Assembly: GCF_006345805.1 (NCBI RefSeq)
Contig: NC_042997.1
Location: forward strand, 90,458,001-90,522,000
Origin: Octopus sinensis
Lineage: Eukaryota
Direction: 5' to 3'
DNA: 64,000 nt
Part shown: piece after piece, positions 54,409 to 64,000 of the stretch
Numbering within the stretch: the stretch's first letter is position 1
Layout of the letters: the number at the start of each line of letters is the position of its first letter
Notes under the pieces: model-generated
The model's input: the letters and a program-made list of their open reading frames with translations, nothing else
Database searches by the model: none
Told to the model about the DNA's origin: nothing
Program-made: the position numbers and the translations under genes

Positions 54409-54430
54409 AGGTATTTATGTGTGTGTATAC

Positions 54431-54504
<74 letters not shown>

Positions 54505-55239
54505 TACATACATATATATTTATATGCATATATAATATATATTATATATATATATATATACATGTGTATGTATATTAGTATGTGAATATATACACATATA
54601 GACGCTTTGTTATTGACAACACCCAGAAGTAACCGGAACTTTGAGCAGGAGGAACTCATGTCATGAGACGGTGTCCAACGATCCTCGAGTGTCTCCACCC
54701 CTGAACCCTAACACCCTCCTAAAGGTGGATCAGCAGAAGTAGTCAAATTACTGTTCATCAACTCCTCACGGCCTCCAGCTTACTTCCTCTCTCTTGCTCC
54801 ATATCCATGTATGAGTACATATATATATATATATATTGGATAGACTGGTATTTTGTACTTTATTTTCTACATCTAATCTAAAAATACTGGTAGAATAAAA
54901 ACGATCGTTGCTGCTGTAAGTATGTGATATTTTCCATTCTTGTTCGTGTTACATACTCTGGGTTTCTTGAAATTCTTCTAAGTAATATTTAGATTCACTT
55001 ATCATACATGGCACAAGACCAACAATTTCGTTGGAGACACAAGTAAATTACGTCGATCCTAGTACTCATCTAGTATTTATTTTACCAACTCTGAAAGGAT
55101 GAAATGGAAATGCTACCGAGGTCGATTTTGCTGACGTTTCTGCCAGCTAGCCTTATATATTAAAATTGAATTATATTCATATTTAATAAACCAAATCATT
55201 GCTTTTCATTTGACCCACTTCGATCATAAACAGCTGTAA

Positions 55240-55420
55240 TGATTGGGACGATACTTAGAAAACCTCAGACAGTAAGTAGCTTTCGTAAATGCAGAATTCA
55301 AGATTTTGGCAAGGTGTAGGCCAACACGTTGGTGCTTATCGTTGGCATATTGGTCAGTGATCCACAAATAAACATCCATCTTAAGCGATACATCAAAGAA
55401 ACAACATATAGCTGCTACTG
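55240..55420 (+). mobile_element. Old L1/Tx1-type RT fragment
   Basis: Manual translation FVNAEFKILAR/..ANTLVLIVGILVSDPQ resembles LLNxDxKILAKxLANRL...LVxxxQ. Confidence 0.45.
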
Positions 55421-55700
55421 CGTGTGGAACGCTATTGCATGTAGGACGAATCCAGTTGTCAGCTGACTCCATCATGAAGATCATCCTGTCCCCACTTTAC
55501 CCGGGAAGTGCAGGCAGTTTTCCTCTGCCTGGTGTCAGTTTTATATTTTGTTGTCACTATTTATATTGTTTACACGTTTATTTAAATCTTCACTCTTCTT
55601 CCTTTTTGTATTGTCCTGAATATTTCTTACGGCCCTTGTGACCAATAAAATATTATTGCTCTTGACGTTATTGTTGTTGCTGTTATTGTTATTTTTATCT

Positions 55701-55743
<43 letters not shown>

Positions 55744-55744
<1 letters not shown>

Positions 55745-56457
55745 TCCTTCTTTCTTCAATTTTTCTTCCGTTTCTCGCCGAGTGTTTTCCGTACTCCTAG
55801 GGCAGAGAAGCTCCTTGTATGCATTCCCAGATTACACACGCAAATTCACAGATAGAATATGCATATAAAAAATTTATAAATAAATTCATGAATGGGTGTT
55901 ATTTTCACAGCGATAATGCTCTTCTCAGTACATGAGCAGTTCTAGTTAATACGATTTTTTGCACTTCCTGTAGGGATGGTAAGCCTGGTATCATTTTCAA
56001 ATAGGTTTCAGTACCTTTTTTTTTTAAATCATTCCTAGAGATCCTACAATCACTGGTACTGTAGTCGCCTTGAGATGCCACGTTTTTTCAATTTCTATAA
56101 GCAATATTTACTATATTTACTAATCTTGTCAAATTCTTTCGCCGCTGTATTGTGATCGCAAGGAATACTTTTTTGTCTGATCTTTTATAATAATATCTGG
56201 TTTATTAGCTTTTATAGTTTTGTCGGTATGTACGGGGAAGTCCCATAGAATCGACACATTTTCTCCCTCAGTCACAGCTTCAGGATGGTGTTTATACCAT
56301 TTGTCAGCGGTTTTTATTTTATAATGCCGAGATATTGTCCAGTGTAAATATATTCTACAGGTGCTAAGACTCTACACCCTGAGATTAGGTGGTCTATAGT
56401 TTCAATATCATCGTTACAGAATCGGCATTTTGGGTCAGTTCCATTTTCTGTCACATA

Positions 56458-56459
<2 letters not shown>
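55744..56459 (-). mobile_element. R4/Dong-clade non-LTR retrotransposon 3' end (CCHC plus restriction-like endonuclease), inserted in (TAA)n
   Basis: Manual translation: PKCRFCNDDIETIDHLISGC...KWYKHHPE...ILWDFPVHTDKTIKANKPDIIIKD...VPVIVGSLG...QKIVL...HVLRRAL*. Flanked on both sides by (TAA)n. Confidence 0.88.
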
Positions 56460-56540
<81 letters not shown>

Positions 56541-56592
56541 TATTATTATTATTATTATTAGCAACAGCAGCAGTAGCAGTAGTAGTGGTAGT

Positions 56593-56663
<71 letters not shown>

Positions 56664-56960
56664 CAGCAGCAGCGGCGGCGGCGGCAACAGCAGCAGTGGC
56701 AGCAGCAGTAGCAACTATAATTTAACACAATAATAATGCAAATGGCATGCTCCAAAATTTTATCCATTAAGCATAATTGAAATGAAGTATATTAGAAGTA
56801 TTTATTTCATGGCGGTACGTATATATAGATTTTGTTTTACATATGTACACATATACACATGTATATGCAAGCATATATATGCATAAATATATGTATGTGT
56901 CTGTTTATATTTATATAAATATATATATATATATATGTGTATATATATATGTGTGTGTGT

Positions 56961-57034
<74 letters not shown>

Positions 57035-57139
57035 ACATTCATGCATACATATATATATATGTACCCGTGAAAAGAAGTTTCATTATTGGGTTTGGAATTT
57101 TATCTTGCAATTGATTACACCAAGGTTTGGAGAAGGAAA

Positions 57140-57186
<47 letters not shown>

Positions 57187-57454
57187 GCACTCTCTCTCTC
57201 ACTCTATCTCACAATCTCTCTCTCCCTCTGCCCCTCTCTCTCTCTCTCTGTCTATATATATATCAGAAGTAAAAGAGTAACTCAAAGGCCGAAAGTTTCG
57301 TGAGTTGGCAGTATGCATGTGTGTATGTATGTATGTATGTATGTATGTATGTATGTATGTATGTATGTATGTATGTATGAATGGATGGATGGATGGATGG
57401 ATGCTTGTAAAATTATTTCTATTATAACTCGATATAAAAACAAGCATTAATAAG

Positions 57455-57845
57455 TGTGTGGTAAGAAATTTGTTTCCTAAAGATAGCGTCACTGCGTGGA
57501 GTCTTGTGACATAGGCAAGTGCCACCTGCTACAGCCCTGAGGTGGACAAAGCCTTGTGAATGAATTGTGAATGGAAACTGAATAGCAGCCCATCGCCTAT
57601 GTGTGGTGTATATATATATATACATCTGTGAATGTGAATGTGTGCGTGCGCGTGTGCGTGTATGTGTGCCTCTCTCTCTGTTCTTGGTTTGTTTGCATCC
57701 CATAACATAGCGGTCCGACAAAAGGAGACCGAAAGAATGAGCACCAGACTTTAAAATTAACTACTGGTGTCGATCTGTTCCACTAAAAGCCTTCAAGCCT
57801 GTGCCCCAAAATGGCTGCAGCCCGACGACTGAAACAAGCAAAGTC
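57455..57845 (+). mobile_element. SINE family A, diverged
   Basis: Homologous to 39622-40003. Confidence 0.7.
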
Positions 57846-57851
57846 AAAGTT

Positions 57852-57889
<38 letters not shown>

Positions 57890-57971
57890 TGTGTGTGTGT
57901 GCGTGGTGTGTGTGTGTGTGTGTGTGTGTCTGTGTGTCTGTCTGTCTGTCTGTATGTGTGTGTCTGTGTGA

Positions 57972-58302
57972 AGGCGCATGGCTCAGTGGTTAGAGCAGCG
58001 AGCTTACGATCGTGAGGTTGTGAGTTCGAATCCTGGACCGGGCTACGTGTTGTGCTCTTAAGCAAGACACTTTATTTCACGTTGCTCCAGTTCACGCAGC
58101 TGTTGAAATGAGCTGCGACATACAGGTGTCAAATTGTATCGGCCTTTGCCTTTCCCTTGGATAACATCGGTGGCGTGGAGAGGGGAGGCTGGTATGCATG
58201 GGCGACTGCTGGTCTTTCATAAACAACCTTGTCCGGACTTGCGCCTGAGAGGGTAACTTTTCTAGGTGCAATCCCATGGTCAGTCATCACCGAAGGGGGT
58301 CT
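57972..58302 (+). mobile_element. tRNA-derived SINE family C (CORE-like central segment)
   Basis: GGCGCATGGCTCAGTGGTTAGAGC...GAGTTCGAATCC followed by GTTGTGCTCTTAAGCAAGACACTTTA. Confidence 0.85.
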
Positions 58303-58860
58303 CAGCATATATATATATTTCAGAGTAAGCACATAAATGTGAAACAAGATGGAAAAAGGAGTACTCACATACTAGAGGTAGAGTTATGTGCTTTATTTAA
58401 AAGCAGCAGAAATATAACATTAAAACACTTACTCAGTTTCACGTTCCCGTTCGTTGGACAGTTTTGTTAGAATGGAACAGAAATGACGATACAATCAAAC
58501 AAAAACAAAAAAAACTAGTTTAAAGGATACGTCTTTGAAAATGGCTTTGCTTCATTGGTTCTTTCAACTAACGGTCTTAAGCATGCAATGATCAAAATAA
58601 ATTCAGTATAAATTCATCCTATTGTAAAATCGAAGGAAACCTTAAATCGAAGAACAGATTCCAAATACATATGGTAAATAATCATATACGAAATAGAAGT
58701 CAATTAATACATTTAAATTAAAATTAAAAATTTCACGCTATATTATATAAATATTTTTTCAGCAGTATATACGCATACTAGACCATCTATAATATACATA
58801 TATACACCAAAATACACAGATGCATGTACATAGTTATATATGTATTTAGACAAACATATA

Positions 58861-59130
58861 TAAGACATAAATATATACACAAATACACACATATACATAT
58901 ATGTACGCATACATGCGCGCGTACAAAATCTCTTGGTGTATACATATACGTGTAAGACACAAATATATATACAAACACAGATATACATATATGTACGCAT
59001 ACATGCGCGCGTACAAAATCTCTTGGTGTATACATATACGTGTAAGACACAAATATATATACAAACACAGATATACATTTATGTACGCATACATGCGCGT
59101 GCACAAAATCTCTTAGTGTATACATATACA
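58861..59130. repeat. 90-bp minisatellite x3
   Basis: Unit TAAGACACAAATATATAT...ACATGCGCGCGTACAAAATCTCTTGGTGTATACATATACGTG starts at about 58861, 58953 and 59043. Confidence 0.9.
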
Positions 59131-59407
59131 CGACATTTATTACAGACGAGAGAAATAGGAAGTATACCTTAAACGTAGGGAGGAGGGAAAGAAAAAGAAA
59201 AAGAAACAGAGACCTAAAAACTAGCGAGTGAAAGAGGAAAAGAGAAAAAGAAGAAAGAAGAAGAAAGAAGAAAAGGAGAAAAAAGAAGCTTGTTAAGAGC
59301 GCTAGCAATGTATCCAGTAGAAGAGAAAAGATACTTTGAGTAAGAAAAGAAAAGCAAGAGAAATAGATCACGAAATATGTGTAGCAAACGCGCAAATAAA
59401 ATAAAAT

Positions 59408-59455
<48 letters not shown>

Positions 59456-59461
59456 ATATAT

Positions 59462-59982
59462 AATAGAAGAACGCTGAAGATTAGCTATTCTTGTTGTAAA
59501 AACTTCGCCTCTTTCATTAGCCAACTCAACAAGAAAATAGTGCCGATTCTGATCCGAAGAATTGCAATTGCAAAGATAAGACCGCCTGTCCGTTGGAAGG
59601 AAAATGACTGGAGAAATTGATTGTGTATAGGGCCAAAGTAGAAACAGAAAGCTCACATGAATATAAAATGTACACAGGGGCTTCAGAAAAAATTCTTTCA
59701 AGACCAGGTTTTATTCACATAGAAATTCTTCCCGGTACACCGAAAATAGGACAAAGACCAGTCTGGCAAAGCATGTCTGGGAACTGAAAGAAAATGAAAC
59801 CCGTCCTTCCAAAGTTACATACATGGAAAATTTTAGATATAGCATCAGCTTACAGACATGGTGTCTATAAAAAGCCTATCAAATGTGATTTATGCCTTTC
59901 GGAGAAACTCTTTATTTTATTCCAGGACAATAGCAATTTGAATCAAAGACGCGAACTCTTAAATTCCTGCAACAAAATTTAA
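59462..59982 (+). mobile_element. Penelope-like element C-terminal GIY-YIG fragment (CNC..CPL type, probably Nematis-like), copy 1
   Basis: Manual translation: NRRTLKISYSCCKN...NCNCKDKTACPLEGK*LEKLIVYRAKV...YTGASE/FKTRFYSH...TSLAKHVWELK.../WKIL...CDLCLSEKLFIL...LNQRRELLNSC. Confidence 0.85.
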
Positions 59983-60524
59983 AATATCAGCCAACAAAAT
60001 ACCATATGGATAGTATATATTCTTTTAATCTTGAACTGGTTTCCTATACCACTGTTGAATTCGTGTTTCGTAGCATATGGTTGCTTCGCATCGCAACGAT
60101 ATTGTTTATATTTAAACGTATTCTTCAAGAAAGCCTTCGACTGTTATATATATCATTTTCAAGTTTAAACTTTTATTATTTTATTTTATTGTAATTTACG
60201 AACCTATTTAATTGTTATATTTGTAGATAATACTATGCATGGTGCTGCATTTTGCAAATGTCTTTTATCCGATTTTTATTATATATACTGAGCAATTTTA
60301 AAAAAAAGTTGTTTGTATATATACGTTGGGATCTAGATGTGTTTTATGTGAATGCAGTATTATAGGCATGCATATATATTTGTATGTGTGTGTCTGTGTA
60401 TTGTGTAAGTATACGTGCATGTTTATATTTACGTACATAGTATTTATATTTACGTACATAGCAAGAGAAATAGATCACGAAATATGTGTAGCAAACGCGC
60501 AAATAAAATAAAATTACATATATA

Positions 60525-60556
<32 letters not shown>

Positions 60557-60557
<1 letters not shown>

Positions 60558-61074
60558 ATAGAAGAACGCTGAAGATTAGCTATTCTTGTTGTAAAAACTT
60601 CGCCTCTTTCTTAGCCACTCAACAAGAAAATAGTGCCGATTCTGATCCGAAGAATTGCAATTGCAAAGATAAGACCGCCTGTCCGTTGGAAGGAAAAGAC
60701 TGGAGAAATTGATTGTGTATAGGGCCAAAGTAGAAACAGAAAGCTCACATGAATATAAAATGTACACAGGGGCTTCAGAAAAAATTCTTTCAAGACCAGG
60801 TTTTATTCACATAGAAATTCTTCCCGGTACACCGAAAATAGGACAAAGACCAGTCTGGCAAAGCATGTCTGGGAACTGAAAGAAAATGAAACCCGTCCTT
60901 CCAAAGTTACATACATGGAAAATTTTAGATATAGCATCAGCTTACAGACATGGTGTCTATAAAAAGCCTATCAAATGTGATTTATGCCTTTCGGAGAAAC
61001 TCTTTATTTTATTCCAGGACAATAGCAATTTGAATCAAAGACGCGAACTCTTAAATTCCTGCAACAAAATTTAA
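60557..61074 (+). mobile_element. Penelope-like GIY-YIG fragment, copy 2
   Basis: Tandem duplicate of 59462-59982 with extra single-base deletions. Confidence 0.85.
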
Positions 61075-61712
61075 AATATCAGCCAACAAAATACCATATG
61101 GATAGTATATATTCTTTTAATCTTGAACTGGTTTCCTATACCACTGTTGAATTCGTGTTTCGTAGCATATGGTTGCTTCGCATCGCAACGATATTGTTTA
61201 TATTTAAACGTATTCTTCAAGAAAGCCTTCGACTGTTATATATATCATTTTCAAGTTTAAACTTTTATTATTTTATTTTATTGTAATTTACGAACCTATT
61301 TAATTGTTATATTTGTAGATAATACTATGCATGGTGCTGCATTTTGCAAATGTCTTTTATCCGATTTTATTATTATATATACTGAGCAATTTTAAAAAAA
61401 AGTTGTTTGTATATATACGTTGGGATCTAGATGTGTTTTATGTGAATGCATGTATTATAGGCATGCATATATATTTGTATGTGTGTGTCTGTGTATGTGT
61501 GTAAGTATACGTGCATGTTTATATTTACGTACATAGTACGTGGACGTATATGTATATGAGAAACAACAATTACAACAGGCATATATGTATGTATATGTAT
61601 GTATGTATGTATATATATGTATGTATGAATGTATGTATGCATGTATGTATATACATGTTTATATATATATATATATACGTGTGTGTGTAGGTGTATGTGC
61701 GCGCGCGTGTGT

Positions 61713-61743
<31 letters not shown>

Positions 61744-61766
61744 GATAGATAGATAGATAGATAGAT

Positions 61767-61835
<69 letters not shown>

Positions 61836-62039
61836 CAGACATATGCACGAATGTCTTTTAAGTTATGTATGCATGTATGTATGTGAAAGACAGAGGGTAT
61901 GGGAAAGAGAGTAAGGGGGTGGGAGTAAATGATGCTGTTTACATGCGCATGCGTGTGAAGAGCAAGAAACACGATACATAATTAATAAACTATGAACAGA
62001 TAGTGTGGTGGATCTATTGCCAGGAAAATGTTGGATGAC

Positions 62040-62105
62040 AGTTGGGACACAGTCGGGGATGATGACGGTGACGCCGATGATGAGCATGTTGATCGTGAAC
62101 GTGCA

Positions 62106-62143
<38 letters not shown>

Positions 62144-63368
62144 CGGATGTGGTGCTGGTGGTGCTGGTGATGTTGATGATGATGGTGATAGAGATGATGA
62201 TGATGATGATGATGATGTTGTTGTTGCTGTTGTTGATGGTGGTGGTGGTGGTGGTAGTGGTGGTAGTGGTGGTAGTGGTGATGGTGGTGTTGGTGGTGGT
62301 GATGATGCTGGTGGTAGTGATGATGGTGGTGCTGCCGCTGTTGCTGCCGCTGCTGCTGATGGTGATGATGATTTTGGTTCTAGTTGTGGTAGTGGTGATG
62401 GTGGTGGTGGTGATAACGGGGACGACGAAGAGGAGGAGGAGGAGCGGGATGAGAGGAGGAGGAGGCGGAGGAGGAGGAGGTCGTAGTGATTTTTATGTTT
62501 ATGATGATGATCTGCCGACCATCCACGCACGCCGCCGAAGCAAGGTGTCAAAAGTGGACAGATGGCTGTGACAATATAGGATGTTATCTGATACCTTTTT
62601 TTTTACTATTTGAGCTATAGGGATGGTTGCGATGGTGGTTGTAGTGGCAGTGGTGGTAGAGGTAATGGATGTAGTGCAGCAAGGGCGAGGCAAAGGCGGT
62701 GGTAGTGATGGTGGTGGTGGTGGTAGTGGTAGTGGTAGTGGTGAGGGAACTAGTGGGGATGATGATGATAGTGTTGTTCATGATGATGTTGATGATGATG
62801 ATCACTATGGTGTTGTTATTGATGTTGGTAATGGTCATGGCGGTGATGGTGATGATGGTGGTGGTGGTGGTGTGGGAGTGGTGGCGGCGATAATGTTGAT
62901 AAAGGTGTTGTTGTTATTGTGATAGTGTGGAAGTAGTGGTCATGGTGGTTGTGGTGACGGTGATAGTTGGAGGGGTAGGAGTATCAATGAGGTAGTGGAG
63001 GTGTTGTAAGTTTTGTAGGGGTCGGTGGAGGAGGATATTGTTGATGTTGTGATAATGTTGGTGACGGCGGTAGCAGCAGTAATGGTAGTAGTCGTGGTGG
63101 TAATGGTAATGGTGATGGTGATGGTGGTGGCAGCAGGGTGGCGGTGGCAACGATGGTGATGTTGGTTGTGGTGGTTCTTGACGATGATGATGGTGTTTAT
63201 GATGGTGATGATGGTGGTAGTGCTGGTGATGGTGGTGGTGTGGTGGTGGTGATGATGATGATGAGGAGGAGGAGGAGGAGTAGGAGGGGGATGTTGATGT
63301 TGCTGTTGATGGTAGTCATGGTTGAGGTGGTGATAGTCATGATGATAATGATGATGATAATGATGATC

Positions 63369-63409
<41 letters not shown>

Positions 63410-63500
63410 ATTGATCATGATGTTGCTGATGATGAGGATGGCGATGATAATGATAGTGGTGGTAGTGCTGCTGCAGCTACTGTTGTTGCAGTGGTGGTAG
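62040..63500. repeat. Degenerate GGT/GAT/GAG trinucleotide low-complexity field
   Basis: Seen directly. Confidence 0.9.
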
Positions 63501-63876
63501 ACATGGCATGCCCGATGATGTAGATTTGTGCCAAGGTATCTTTGAGGACATCTTATCAAATTTATTCCGACCGTGACCACCTCATCTTTGTAATAGCAGT
63601 TGCAAAGGGGGAAAGGGGTAGAGAGAGGAGCAGCAATATTGTTGTTTGTTGTCCAGTTTTTGGTCAACCTGGACTGAGTAAAGTTATGACCAAGGACTTA
63701 CTGTGCGGTTCTTTTGATCCTTAATGAAGAATAGTTACATTTATCACTATTTTACCTGTGATGAAACTTAGGTTTCTTAGCAGACAGCATTGACCGAGAA
63801 GGTTGTCTTATCTAGGGAGCCTGTTTAGTATTTTTTGTGGTTGTTATTGTTGTTTTTAAACCCAGGTTATACATTA

Positions 63877-63907
<31 letters not shown>

Positions 63908-64000
63908 GAGATATGCTGTGTTACTCGGAAACTTAATTTAACTTAAAGCAATTTGTTACGTACTTAATACAAGCATGTAATATATTTGCAGATTTGATAG

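Larger units (their letters stand above)
59354..61538 (+). repeat. Near-identical ~1.1-kb tandem duplication
   Basis: Copies start at 59354 and 60461; identical ORFs are offset by 1092 bp (59794/60886 and 60006/61098). Confidence 0.95.

Noticed and set aside
57972-58045. tRNA-like sequences (also at 30977 and 49322)
   Set aside because: They continue into shared SINE bodies and lack a convincing acceptor stem, so they are SINE heads rather than tRNA genes.
58422-58465. Minus-strand hammerhead-like motif (CCAACGA-ACGGGAACGT-GAAA-CTGAG-TA)
   Set aside because: Two core mutations and an imperfect stem I; counted only as a probable relic.
58861-59130. Regular repeats as a possible CRISPR-like array (also the 28-bp units at 40532-40616)
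   Set aside because: Head-to-tail units without unique spacers, in a eukaryotic context with no cas genes.
1479-63667. Numerous long ORFs rich in YI/CV/HT/LS/poly-M/poly-S
   Set aside because: They are translations of di-, tri- and tetranucleotide microsatellites, with no domain content.

Overview
Eukaryotic, AT-rich, repeat-saturated animal DNA. It is intergenic or deep-intronic, and no host protein-coding gene is confidently recognisable. The dense (TA)n/(CA)n/(GATA)n/trinucleotide microsatellites and the tRNA-derived SINE families resemble an octopus (cephalopod) genome; this is inference from recalled repeat families, not a database result. Nearly all ORFs in the track are microsatellite or SINE read-through. 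Recognisable coding remnants are all mobile-element derived: RTE-clade RT fragments, an R4/Dong-type LINE sitting in a (TAA)n tract, a Tc1 transposase, two kinds of Penelope-like (PLE) RT/GIY-YIG fragments, and an ORF1-only (gag-like CCHC) non-LTR element with a 13-bp TSD. Non-autonomous Helitron, Helentron/HINE, hAT, mariner and TTAA-type MITEs are also present. The most notable hidden layer is a set of type I hammerhead ribozyme motifs: seven intact or near-intact and four degenerate, from several unrelated small non-coding repeat families. They are often in tandem or inverted arrangements bounded by (TA)n. This suggests a diverse retrozyme / non-autonomous Penelope-like system, with a predicted 567-nt self-cleaved monomer at 2872-3438.
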